Of a stretch of DNA of 64,000 bases, positions 46,986-58,637 are shown piece after piece. The DNA is from Chrysochromulina tobinii (lineage: Eukaryota). Positions within the stretch are counted from its first letter, which is position 1. Each line of letters begins with the position of its first letter. The stretch covers positions 1 to 64,000 of the forward strand of contig JWZX01002881.1 of NCBI GenBank assembly GCA_001275005.1, written 5' to 3'. A program made the position numbers and the translations under genes. The notes beneath the pieces were generated by a model. It was not told where the DNA came from, searched no databases, and was given only the letters and a program-made list of their open reading frames with translations.

Positions 46986-47065
46986 GCTGCTTCTGCGTTT
47001 CAACATAACGCGCACGACCTCCGGACAACCAAGCACGAGGGCCTCTATGGACGGAGGTGTGGCCG
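46986..47065 (+). repeat. Dispersed ~85-bp repeat, also present in tandem at 60938-61115
   Basis: The sequence cgcgcac.acctccggac..ccaagcacgagggcctctat...ggacggaggtgtggccg is shared. Confidence 0.85.
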
Positions 47066-47204
47066 TGCCGCCTGCAGTGTTTCTTACCCCCTGACAGTGA
47101 CTCGCTCCCCGGCTGTGCGTCGCACCGCGCGCACTCAAACGATGATTCTGAGGCGCATGCCGTTCAGTCTCATAGGCTTGGCATCTTTTCCAAGGCTGAG
47201 CGTC

Positions 47205-48571
47205 TTACTTCTTAGGCTCGAAGAGGCTGCGCGCCTGCTCGATCAGCGGCTTGACGACGCGTGGCGCCGCAAATGGAGGCGATTTTGAGGGCTCCGCTGC
47301 GGGCGTGCTCGGCGGGAAAGGGCGGGAAACGCCGATAGGCGTGGCTCCGCCTCGCGCCGCCGCGTCGGCGTCGTGGTGGAGCGTCGGCGCCGCAGCCCCC
47401 TCACGCGCCGCCTCGGGCGCTGCCTCGGGCGTTGTCTCGGGCGCTCCCTCGCGCGCTGCCTCGGGCGCCCCCTCGGGCGTTGTCTCGGGCTCCTCGTCGG
47501 AGTCGCCCCATTTGGATCGTGCGCGGCTTTGGATGGGCGGCATAGCCGGAGCGGCAGCGCGCTCGGGCGGCTCGAACGGCGGCGGCGGCGGCGGGGGCGG
47601 GGGCGGCTGCGGCGGCGGCGGCGTAGCCAGGGCAGCTTGGCTGGTGAACTTCTTGCCGGTCGTCGAGCCCGCCTTCTCGACCTCCAGAGCGGCCGCGGCG
47701 GTGCCTTCGCTCATCACGGCGCTCGGCGGCGGCTCGACACCGTCGATCGGGCCGGGCATCGGCGACTCGGGCCGTTCGCTCAAGTAGCGCATGCAGGCCG
47801 GCCAGAGCGCAGGCGGCACACGCGCCGCCAGCCCATACTCGAGGGAGACCATCGGCAGCTCCGATGGGTCATCGGCGAGCACTGCGGGCGCGAGCGGCGG
47901 CGGCGTGCCGACGGCGGCCTGGGTGGTTCCAGCGGCCTGGGTGGTTCCAGCGGCCTGGGTGGTTCCAGCGGCCTGGGAGGCTCCAGCGGCCTGGGTGGCT
48001 CCAGCGGCCTGGGAGGCTCCAGCCTGGTTCGTCGTCCCGACGGCGAGCGACTGCGTCTTGAGGAAGGTGACCAGGTGCTCAGGCGAGAGGCTCGACGAGA
48101 GGATGCGTAGATTCACAGGCTCGTGCAGCACCGCACAGAGCAGGGTGGGCAACAGGACTTGGCGGCAGCGCGGCTCGCAAAAGTAACGGAAGGGCAGCTC
48201 GACCAGCCGGTGGAGCATCGTGGGGTGGGCACCCCAACGCCAGCGCAGAGCCTCCGCATTCCGCGGAGAGTGCAGGCAGAAGAGGCCAAGGAGCAGCAGG
48301 ACCTCATGCAGCAGCAGCCGCAGCTCAGCGGTCACGGCGGCGTCGTCGGCCGCAGGCGAGCTGGACGGCCGCGCGGCGAGCGGCGAGGCGCGTCCGCTCG
48401 CGGGACTCGCGAGGCCCACGCCGGTGCCCGCGCCGCCCGGCTCCGTGCGCACTTGAGCCTTCTCGACGGCCCCGAAAAGGGAGAGGGTGAGGTGCGCCAG
48501 CTGGAACGTGTGCAGTCGCAACTCTTCGGCGCCCAGTGCGCGCCGCAGGAAGCAGTCGTCGCCGCCCCCGC

Positions 48572-48610
<39 letters not shown>

Positions 48611-51600
48611 CAACAGCCCAGCGAGCCCACGTGCACGAGAAGCTGGATGGCGGTGCGACACACCTTGAGGACCGCCGGGGTGAGGCCCGAGGCGATGCCC
48701 GAGGCCGAAAGCTCTGCGGTTGGCTGCGGCTGCGAGCCGGCGGGCTGCGTCGACTCGAAGAGAATGTTCTTGACCATCTCCGGCACGCCGCTCAGCCCAG
48801 ACTCTTCGAGGTACTCACGGAGCGGTGTGGCGCACGCCGCGCTGCCATCGGCATGGAGCGGCAGCAGCAGCGCGTGCAGCAGCGCAAAGTACTGGATGAG
48901 CAGCGGCTGGTGGCGCGCGGCGCCCGAGAGGGTCATCGCACACGCACCGCAGTAGTCGCGCAGCATGTGCAGCCCGCCCGAGAACAGCACCACCACGACG
49001 AGGTCCGCGCGCAGCTTGCGGTGCGCCTCGGCCACGGGCGGCGTCGCGATGACGAGGCGCAGCACCTTGAGCAGCGGCAGCAGCAGCGCATCGGGCGGCG
49101 CGGAGACCGCGATGGGTGACGACAGACGCCCATCGAGCGCCTCTTGTCGGGAGTCCAAGTCGACCGCCGCCGGCAGCAGCCCAAAAGCGAGCTTCTCAAC
49201 CGTGGCCGTTAAGAGCAGGTACGCGCGGTTCTGCGGCAGGGCGCACGCCGCGAGCAGCGCACGCGTGGCCGCCGTCTTGGTCGAGGCGCGCACCGCCGGC
49301 GGCGTCGTCGAGGCGGTTGAGAATGGTGCGGCCGTGCCTGCCGCGTCGGCGACACCGGCCATCGCGAGAGTGACAAGAGATTCGAGTCCGCCCTGCGTGC
49401 GCACGGTGTGAAGGTCTCGTTCACGCCCTGTCTCGAGGAGCCTGCACAGCTCCCACGCGCACGTCTCCGCGCCGTCGCAGTTGGGCTGCGAGGCGAGCGT
49501 GGCGAGCTCGCCGAGCAGCTTGAGCGTTCGCTTGGAGCCTTGCGCCGAGCCGGGGCCGCCCCAGAGCTGCTCCAGCTGCTCGATGTGAAGGCTGCTGGCT
49601 GTGGCCGCCATGCGCTGGCGCACCTTTTTGGCGCGGGCGCGCAGCTTGCGCAGCCTCACGCGCTCCGCCTCGCGCACCTCGGCCTGCGCCGCCTCCACCT
49701 GCGCGCGCAGCGGGGAGCGGAGCAGGTCGTGGACGCGGGAGCTGATCTCGAGCTGATCTCGAGGTGTGGTCGTCGAGAGGGCCGCGAGGTGGCTGGCCCA
49801 GGTGGAACCGCCGCCCGACGTGGCCAAGTTCGACGCCTCGTCGCCTTCATCCTTGGCGGCGAGCGCGGCGAGCGTGGGGGGCACGGCGACCACTGCCCCG
49901 TCCGTCGCGGCAAACTCGTCGACCTCTTCACAATCGGCCTCGGCGCCTTCGTCGCCTTCGTCATCCGTCGTCCTTGACGTCCTTGACCTTCGCGCCACCG
50001 CCGAGGCTGAGGACGGCGTTGGCTCCGCCGCCTCAGCCTCGGCCTCGGCCTCCTCGTCCTCGAGAAGCTCTCCGCCGCCGCCGCCCGTGCCTCCACCGCC
50101 ACCGCCGCCGCCGCCGCCACCGCCGCCGCCACCGCCGCCGCCGCCGCCGCCCTCGTCGCCCGAGACGGAGTAGTAGCCCGACTCCGAGGCGCCGCCTATC
50201 GAACCGCCCGTCGAGTCTGCCCTCGAGTGACCGCCGCGCTTCCGCCCATTGCGCTTGCCGCCGCCGCCCTTGTTGCGCCTGCCGCCGCCGCCCACCCAGC
50301 CGCCGCCGCCGCCGCCGCCGCCCACGACGGCGCCCTCGAGGGCGGCGAGGATGGACGGGTCGATCAGCTCCGACTCCGACTTGGACGAGCGCCTCTCCGC
50401 CGTCGAGACGCCATCCGTCGTTGAGTTGGCCTCCTCGGCCAGCGTGGCGCGCCGCGCCTCGCGAGTCTGCTGCGCCTGCACCGTGCGCTCAGAAGCCACG
50501 TGAGCTTGCGACATGAGCATCCGAATGTGCAGCAGACGGCGCTCGTTGGCCTCGGTAATCTTGCGCTCGAGCGCGCGACGCTTCTCCGCCTGCTCCGCGA
50601 GAGCCGAACGCGCTGTGGTGAGCACTCGCATGCAGGGCGAATTCTCAGTGGCAATCAACGCGACTGCTCCTCGAGCTCAAGCCTGCTCGTGCGCGCTGTG
50701 GTGAGCACTTGCATGCAAGGCGGGGCATCAGTGGCAATCAACGCGCCTGCTCCTCGAGCTCAGCCTGCTCGCGCCGCGAGATGACGTCGAGCCGCTTCTG
50801 GCTCTTCTGCGCGGCACGGTCGGCGACCGACTGCGTGAACTCCGTCCAGCGATGGTAGGCCTCGTCCACCTTGGAAGTGTGCACCTCGGTGCGCGCGTCA
50901 TCCATGCGCTTGCGCTCGAGCAGCCGCTCATTGGCGGCCTTCTCGCGCTCCGCGTTGGCCGCGGCCTGCTTGCCCAGATGCAGCTTGCGCCGCTCCTCCG
51001 CCTCGTTCATCTTCAGGGCGAGCTGCGCCTTTCGCTCCTCAGCCTCCTCCACCGCTGGGTCAGTGCTGTGGGACTTGATGAACGCCACCTCGTCCACCTT
51101 GCGTGACTCGAGACGCGCCTTGGAGGCCACCTTGCCGATGTGTGCCTCCCGGTTCGCCTCAGCCTTCTTATTGCGCTCCTCGATGGTGGCAGCCTTTGCG
51201 GACTTCATCTCCTCCTGCCGCTTGCGCACCTGCGGAGCGGGCGCCGTGTTGAGCACTTGCATGCGAGGCAGGGTTGGGGCTCGCGGACTTCCTCCTCAAC
51301 ATGCTTCATCAGAGGTCATCAGAGGTCATCAGAGGTCATCAGCGGACTCCCTCCTCAATACGCTTGCGCACCTGCGCCTCGTGCTCCCGACGCTGCTGCA
51401 GCCGCTGCGCCTCCTCGGCAGCCTTGCTCGCGCGCAACGCCTCGGCGTTCTTCTCGCGCTGCAGCTGGAGCTCATGCAGCTCCTCCGCCGTGCGTCGGTC
51501 GGGCGAGAGCAGCTTCTCTCGCTTCTCCTGCCGGCCAGTCGAGTCGGCAGACGAGCCCAGCGTCCCCACGCTGCTCCGGCGACGGCTCGGCGACGGCACG

Positions 51601-53472
51601 TCGTCAGAGGCGTGGAGCTGCGGGTCAAAACTCGACGCGGCCACGGCGCCACCGGCGCCACCGGCGCCACCGGCGCCGCCGGCGCCGCCGGCGCCGCCGG
51701 CACCCTCGGCCTCCTTGCCTCGCACGACGGCAGCAAAGGATCGTCGCGTCGACCATGCGGTCGCGGGCACGTCGAGCACGCACGAACCACCCGACTTTTC
51801 GATCGCCGAGCCTGCGGACGAAGAGGCAAGCTCGGCGGTGGCGGACGCAATCTCCTCAGCAGAGATCGCAATCTCCTCAGCCGAGGCCTCCTGCACGCAC
51901 GCCGCAGGCGCAGCCGAGGCCGCTGCCTCCGCCACCGTGCCCGCCTGCGCCTCACTCTTCTCCTTGGGCGGCGACACGGACAGGAAAGAGGGGGGCGGCG
52001 GGCGCTTCTTCTTCTTCTTGAGGAGACGCTCATCAGAGCCGACGCCCTCGTCGACGATCGTGACGCTCAGCCCTGGCTTGCGCACGCTGACGCCGGCGTT
52101 GCTCTCCTCCACGCAGTCCGCCCACGAAGTCCACGCAGGCAACGGCGCGTCGGAGTCGCATGCAAGTGCTCGTGTTGTGACGTCGGAGTCGCATGCAAGT
52201 GCTCGTGTTGTGACGTCGGAGTCGCTTGCAAGTGCTCGTGTTGTGACGTCGGAGTCGCGTGCCATCGGCGGCGGCGGCGAGACGCCCAGCTCGGCGCCCA
52301 CGCCGCCACTTTCTTCGGCCGTCTCCACCGCCAAGGACGGCGAAGAGGCCGCGGCTGCGGCTGCGGCTGCGGCTGCGGCTGCGGCTGCGGCTGCGGCTGC
52401 GGCGGCGGCGGCGGCGGCGGCGGGCGGCGGGCAGGTCCCGTCTGGCGACCCTTGGGCTGCCGTCAGGTGGGGGCTGCTCGTCGCCATCGTCCCACAGACG
52501 GCGACGGCGCGAGCGGCGATTCTTCTGCCTCGGCTGCTCCCATCCATCCTCGCCATCCTCCTCCCCTGCCTCCTCGTCGCGTTCGCCAGCGCCAGCAGAG
52601 GCGCCGGCGGGCATGATGCCCTTTCGCACCGCCGCGTCGGCACCCGCGCCGACCGATGGTGGCAACGCAAAGGGCACGGCGAACCGGCGTGCGGCGGCCG
52701 TTGCGTCCGCCGCGCTCGCCGCGCCGTCGACCGTGCCCGGCGCAGCGCTCTCCTTGGCGCGCCGAGCCTCTGCCGCCTTCATCACGCCCGCCATGGCGGC
52801 CGTTGGTGCGCTCGCCGCGCCGCCCTCGCCGTGCGCTCCGCCCTGGCGACGCTGCGCGTTGGCAGCGGAGGCCATGCGCCCGAGTGTGACCAGGAAGCGG
52901 CGTGCGGCCGGCTCGCGCCCCTCCGCCTCCGCACGCTCCAGGTAGAGCGCCTCGTGGGCCTTGCGCGGAAGCATCGGCGGCCCCGCGACCTCAAAGTAGC
53001 GCGATGCCTCCTGCAGCTCCTCGAGCTCGAGCGCCTCTAGCGCCGCGAGCATGCGCGAGTTCGATTCGGGCGAGTTGAGCTGTGTGAGTGGCGACGCGCT
53101 CGGCGACACGCTCGACGACGTGTTCGGCGCACCGAGCGAGACGGAGAGCGGCGTGCCGTCGCCGGAGCGTCGCCCGCCGATGTTCGTCGCCGCGGAGGAC
53201 TGCGCGCGCAGCCGATCGGTGAGCACTGAAAAGTCCTCCTGACACATGGAGAGTGCGTCCACCACTTCGCCGCCAATGTCGGCGCGCTCGTGCTTCTCGC
53301 AGAAGACGTAGAGCTCGCGCAGCGAGGAGAACATGGTGGAGAGGAGGTCCTTGCAGCGCTCGGGGATGTTCTCGTCGTCGGGGATTCCCGCCCGCAGGCT
53401 CGCTATAGTCGATTCTGAGGTGGGCGCCACCTGAGCGGGGGCGCTGCTGGGCACTGGTGTCGTGGTCGCCAT
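47205..53472 (-). CDS. SCAPER: SCAPER-like protein; introns 51230-51371 and ~50592-50746; two apparent +1 indels in GCC/GGC tracts
   Basis: N-terminal SLRELYVFCE...EVVDAL, REKLLSPDRR, a coiled coil, and C-terminal LLHEVLLLLGLF...HPTMLHRLVELPFRYFCEP...LLPTL. Confidence 0.8.
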
Positions 53473-54150
53473 TCGTTGGATAGTCCGACTGAGCCAGGCG
53501 GAACTGTGCGCTGGATACGGTTGTGTCGGCGGCGGCAAGGATGGAGCGCGCGATGTTTGCGGGCGGTGATGAGAGTCGCAATCAAACGGAGCAAGGAAGA
53601 GTGGAAAACAAGCACGCGTGGAAAACAATGGGGAGGACAGCCATGTAGTACATGTATTCGAGAACTGAGCGACTGAGGACAAAACCTTAAATCTTGGTGC
53701 ATACCACACTTTACTATGTAGTATGAACCAAGCGATTCATATTTGGCAAGCACCATCCATAGACGAGCTTCACGGCGAGAGAGAGGACTGAGAATAGCCC
53801 AGGCGTCAGGGTCAGCGCCCCACCCCCCACGGCGCCTTAACCCGCGCCCCCGCCGCGCGCGTGCCGCTATATAGCCTATAGCACAGTTTTCACACAGCCC
53901 GGTAGCGCGTGCTGCGCGTGTGCGAACTGCGATCGGCGGCCACGCACGCTCGACCCCCTGGGGCCCCGTGTCCGGTGGGCCCCGTATCAAACCTTTGCGA
54001 GCGCCGACGGCGCTGTCAGTTCGTTCTCATTAAAATGACACATGAGCGTCATGAGGGCGGGAGGCGCCACTTAGGCGCCACAGGGCGACAGGGCATCGGC
54101 CGCCCCTATCCCATAAGTCTACGACATGATTCACCCTTCGCATCCCGCCC

Positions 54151-55485
54151 TCAGGAGTCGGCGTTCTCAAACGCGACGAAAGCGAGCCGTTCGCACGCAG
54201 CATCCAGCTTGGGCAGGATGGTGCCATCGAGGGCCGCCGCCCACGACTCTTCCCGCACTGGCCCGTGCAGCTTGATGTGAAAGCCCTGCAGCGCGTTCAC
54301 GCGCCCAGTGCGCGTCAAGCCGAGAGAGAGGTCGTGACGGTAGACGTAGCAGCCGCGTGGCGTGTAGAGTGCCAGTAGCAGTTCGTCGAGGCTGGCGTGA
54401 GCGCGCTGATCAGCCGTGTCGCCCGGAGCGTCGCCCTCGCCGTCGACGCTACCGCCATCGCCGACGCCACCGCCTTTGGCGCGCGGTGCGGCCGCGGGCA
54501 GGCGGATGCCCGAGAAGAGGAAGCGCCAGCGGCAGTGGCTCGCCTCCCAATTCATTTGGGCACTGCGGACCGTCACCCGTTGGCCGTCTCGCCGCCACGA
54601 GCACTCCTTCTCCCAATGCCGCCCCAGGAACTGCCCCTGGTTCGAGTCTTCGTCCTCCAGCTCGATGCTCGCGTGAGCGCGGCGCACGCGCGGCGACTCG
54701 AGCCGCCTCCTCGCGCCCTCGGCAAACGTCGCCTTGGGGTGAAGCTGACGATCGACCGTCTTGACGAGCTTGGCAAGGGCTGCGCGCCGTGGTCCTGGTC
54801 CCAACTCCGCCATCGGCGCTCGAGCGAAGGCGGCGAGCACGGGACTCTCGATGCCGCGATTGAGCGCAAAAGCGGCACTCATCCGCCCGTCCACATACGG
54901 AACGCTCTCGAGCAGCATGCACCCGCCCTGCTGCAGCTTCGGCCGGATCCACAGCTCATGAGCCGCACGCCAGCCACGCACGCCGACCTTGCCGTACATC
55001 ATGATGCGCTTGCCCTGGACGCGCTCGAGGCGGCCGGCATGGCCCACACCCGTCCGTCGATCGTGGCGCCATATCTCGATGCCGTCGGGCGTCACGACCG
55101 CTAGCTGCAGCTCATGGTGCGGCGAGTCCTCCACCTCCGAGGCCAGCCGCACGTTGCTAAAGCTCAAAACCCAGCGCCCGGTGTAGTTGCCCTGCATTTG
55201 CCAAGCAAGCTGGGAGGAGCGAACGGCGACCTTCACATCGTCTCGTTGCCAATCATAGCCTTCGCGCGCCTCGTCGTCGAACCTTGCGCCCGGGTGCGCG
55301 AGGCCATCCGCCTCGCGCAGAAGCGAGCAGCACAGTGCGTGCTTGGCTGGCCCCGACAGCGCGGCAATGCGCCGGCCGAGCAATTCGACCGACTCAGGGT
55401 CGGTGTAGACGCGGCTGGTGATTGAATGTGACGGAGATTGCCAAAGGTGCGCAAAGGCGGAGCCGGTGAGAGAGAGTGGCCGCAT
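54151..55485 (-). CDS. Protein with two internal copies of an uncharacterised ~110-aa domain
   Basis: W.RD..V.VRS.Q..W....RW...FS.[VI]RL ... EL.LA..TP.G....RHD...G....GR....QG..I...G occurs twice. Confidence 0.7.
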   Translation of the reverse strand: MRPLSLTGSAFAHLWQSPSHSITSRVYTDPESVELLGRRIAALSGPAKHALCCSLLREADGLAHPGARFDDEAREGYDWQRDDVKVAVRSSQLAWQMQGNYTGRWVLSFSNVRLASEVEDSPHHELQLAVVTPDGIEIWRHDRRTGVGHAGRLERVQGKRIMMYGKVGVRGWRAAHELWIRPKLQQGGCMLLESVPYVDGRMSAAFALNRGIESPVLAAFARAPMAELGPGPRRAALAKLVKTVDRQLHPKATFAEGARRRLESPRVRRAHASIELEDEDSNQGQFLGRHWEKECSWRRDGQRVTVRSAQMNWEASHCRWRFLFSGIRLPAAAPRAKGGGVGDGGSVDGEGDAPGDTADQRAHASLDELLLALYTPRGCYVYRHDLSLGLTRTGRVNALQGFHIKLHGPVREESWAAALDGTILPKLDAACERLAFVAFENADS

Positions 55486-56023
55486 TGATCGTGGAGTACC
55501 GGTATAGGAGTAAAGTGCGGCAAAACGTGTGAAGACATGAGATGCTGTGAATATACATCCTTTGGGTCCTCGTGCTAAAGTGCCGTGCGTAATATGACAG
55601 TTCAGACTACGCCGTACTCGCTACGCCAACAGTTTAAGGGGTTTAGGGCGTGCGCAGCAGCCTCATTTTGACAGCGCGGCAGACAGAGACACTTTACAGA
55701 TTGTATCACAAGTCACTAAGGACGACGCGAACCAAACGCGAACCATACCCAACAGAATAGACGGGTACCACGGCATTCACAAGTCATTGCCCGACCATTA
55801 TGCATAACGTATAAACAAGACTGTCAGAGTTCTGAGACAGGAGCCTGCACTCATCGCGCCGAAGTGCGAAGACCCCATGCCACCGGCAAGGTTCGAGTCG
55901 CTTGAGTAGACGGTTGTAAACCGTACCGTAGTTAAAATCGGTCGAGTTGACCCTGGGCGGGTTGAGAAGCGTGCTCGGTATAGCAATACTGCTTCGCCTT
56001 CGGTTTGATCAGGTGCAATACCG

Positions 56024-57592
56024 CTACGGCTTGATCAGGAAAGAGTGCTGCTCCGGCACAAACAGATTGTGCAGGCCCGTATTCACCTCAATCGGTGCGG
56101 GCAGGCGCGCCAGCTCCCTCAGGTTCCTCGCGTCGAGGACGAGCAGCCAGCTCCGCTCCTGCGCGATCTCATTCGCAGGTATGAGCAGAACGCCTTCGTC
56201 CTCGGCGGCGCGATCGCCCGGGTGAGGCACCATCTGCGGCTCGCTCGCGCTGTAGCCATGGAGTGCCCACGTCACGACCTCACCGCTCGCCGTGTCCACC
56301 TTGACGACATCATTCGGCGTGAGGGCGTCGTCGCTCTCCGCATTCAACTCCCTCTGCGGGAATCGCAGCCCCCACACGTAGCGGTGCGGCCGCTGCAAGA
56401 CCTTTGGGCTACAGTGTGCGAACTCATGCACCTCGGAGCTCAGCATCATCCGCGTCGCTCGCTGTGCATGCGGCGAGATGACGAAGCGGCACAAGCCCCG
56501 TGAGGTCACAGACGCGCCCCCGTCAAAGTCGTCGCCGTTGGCCCAAGTCACATCAGCGACGATCGTCCCATCTTCGGCGTCGTACACGTTGATCGAATGG
56601 AAGATGTGCGCCGCTTCGCGAGCGCCCTCCACCATGCACGTTGCGGCGTGCGTGAGGTGGCCATCCAAATGCTTCTGGAGCACCTCGAAGCTGAGCGGCG
56701 CGTCGCGCTCGAATGGAAAGCCCGCGAAGAACCCGTGTGGGAAGACGTTCAGAGATTGGTCGTATGCCATGCGCTTGGACGAAACAATCAGGACGACGTA
56801 CGACTTCGTTTCGAGCATCGAGTGCATATACGGCACACGTTGGAGTAGCGGCACACTCGCCCGCTGCAAATAGCCAAAGGCGGCGAGTGGCTGCTCGTAG
56901 ATCTTATCTAGCGGCAGCGCGTGGCGCTCCTTGGCCCTGTAGACGACGTAGCCACTCTCGAAGCTTGGGATACAGCCATATCTTGTTTGGCTAGCCATGC
57001 GCAGATAGACGCCGGCATGGAGGTCGCTTCGGGTCGTTGGCTCCTCGAAATTGTGCGAGGCGAGGAAGACGAGGCCGGAATCTGACCGGATATTTTCAGA
57101 GCCCGGCACCATCTGTCGCAACGGTGGCATCGTCTCCAGCTGGTCGCCGAGCACAACAAGCTGAGACGTAGGGTTCTCGGGGCTCGCGGACGCGAGGCCG
57201 TCACTCATGCGCAGAAAGTTGACGTTGTGGTTCTCATACGCGCCCACATCTGACTGGCTGTTGCTCTTGCCTACAAAGACCCAGTTGCGCACGGAGCCCT
57301 CCGAGTCGACGTAGGCTTGGTGGTGCCGTGTCTCAAGGAAGCGATTGGAGAAGCTGAACTCTGAGCTCGGGGAGTTGAGGTGCCAGGCAGCGACGTGTGC
57401 CAGCCCATCAAGAAGGTTTGTGCCTTTCACAAAAGCACCACCGCACTGCCGAAAGAGAGTGCCAACCACATATTCCGGCACAGCACCCTGTGGGATGATG
57501 GGCTCCCGAGCGTGCTCCTTTCGCACGTCGCGGTAGCCAAAGGCTGTCGCGGCTTGCGCGGGCTTGACGGCTCGGCTTGCGCTGTTGCCCAT
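56024..57592 (-). CDS. Carotenoid cleavage oxygenase (RPE65/CCD family)
   Basis: GAVPEYVVGTLFR, DGLAHV and NRFLET. Four candidate Fe-ligand His (ASH, YMH, IFH, GLH). SEPQMVP and EDEGVLL. Confidence 0.88.
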   Translation of the reverse strand: MGNSASRAVKPAQAATAFGYRDVRKEHAREPIIPQGAVPEYVVGTLFRQCGGAFVKGTNLLDGLAHVAAWHLNSPSSEFSFSNRFLETRHHQAYVDSEGSVRNWVFVGKSNSQSDVGAYENHNVNFLRMSDGLASASPENPTSQLVVLGDQLETMPPLRQMVPGSENIRSDSGLVFLASHNFEEPTTRSDLHAGVYLRMASQTRYGCIPSFESGYVVYRAKERHALPLDKIYEQPLAAFGYLQRASVPLLQRVPYMHSMLETKSYVVLIVSSKRMAYDQSLNVFPHGFFAGFPFERDAPLSFEVLQKHLDGHLTHAATCMVEGAREAAHIFHSINVYDAEDGTIVADVTWANGDDFDGGASVTSRGLCRFVISPHAQRATRMMLSSEVHEFAHCSPKVLQRPHRYVWGLRFPQRELNAESDDALTPNDVVKVDTASGEVVTWALHGYSASEPQMVPHPGDRAAEDEGVLLIPANEIAQERSWLLVLDARNLRELARLPAPIEVNTGLHNLFVPEQHSFLIKP

Positions 57593-58637
57593 GGGAGAAG
57601 TTATGTGGGGAGCTCTCGCTCGAGCACGTCCTGGTCGCGGTGGACGGTTTGGTCGTGATCTGCAACAGTCTGCTCAAAGGCTGCAACTCGCGGCACACCA
57701 GATGAAAAAGGAAATCTCGAATTTTCTCTAATTTGGAAACGGAAAATTAATGCCGGAAACTTGGGAGTAGATTCCCATGCGGGCTCGGCTTCCGACGCAA
57801 GGCGGGCTCGAGCACGCCTGACTGACATGCTCAATTCAATCCAACGAGCGAGAGCAATTGCGGGGTTTTGCACACGAGTAATTGGCCCGGCGTTACTGGC
57901 GGGGCTGGGGGGCTCCATTTGGTTTACCATTTGGTGTCGGGGGGGGGGAATCGGTTGGGGCTGGTCAAGCCTGGTCCAAGTGTCGAACAGCGAACAGGCG
58001 ATCAGTTGCGGAGCACGCGCAGCACAAGGCCGACCGGGACTTGAATCCGGAGTTAAATCCGGAGCCCTCGGCGAACCCAGCTTGCATGCCGTGTAGAGGG
58101 CCCAGCGTGTTGACATGGTTCCTCATCTCGGACGGGGCGAAGGATGAAAGAGGTTCTAAGTCGTCATACACTGGACACACACTCTTCGCTCCGCGGCGGA
58201 AACTCCGCGGCGCGGACTTACCGGGACGGCGCTTGGCGTAACCTAACGCGCACAATGCGACCGGGACCGGTTTACCGACTCGCAGGGACCTCTGCATGGA
58301 CCTCTGCTCGGACATCGTGTAGGCCGGGGAGATCGGTGGTCCCGCACACGAACCCCACACACCCCCGTATCTGAGGTTCGTACACTGGCATGTATCGCTT
58401 ATGAGTTATGAGTTCAGAGTTGTGTGCGCCGCTCAAGCGGAAGCGGACTGTCAACCGAACTTGTATGAGATGTGTACCGAACGGCGAACATGACGGCGAA
58501 CGCCAGCCCGGAGTTCCCGATGCTGTGAATAATACCTCCCGCGAATGGCGAATCCAAATGGTCGTCCACAAATACGTTCAGTTACGCGGCCGTGATTAAA
58601 TAACGCGTGAAAGACTTTAAGTGATGTGTTATAATAA

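Noticed and set aside
52420..52426. Frameshift in SCAPER, with a second at 48571-48573, as programmed frameshifting or pseudogenisation
   Set aside because: Each is one extra base in a GCC/GGC tract of an otherwise conserved gene, most likely a sequencing error. Some RPB1 frameshifts could be errors too, but its stop, deletion and truncation cannot be explained that way.
55632..55648. gtttaaggggtttaggg as a telomeric repeat
   Set aside because: Only one perfect unit, consistent with chance.
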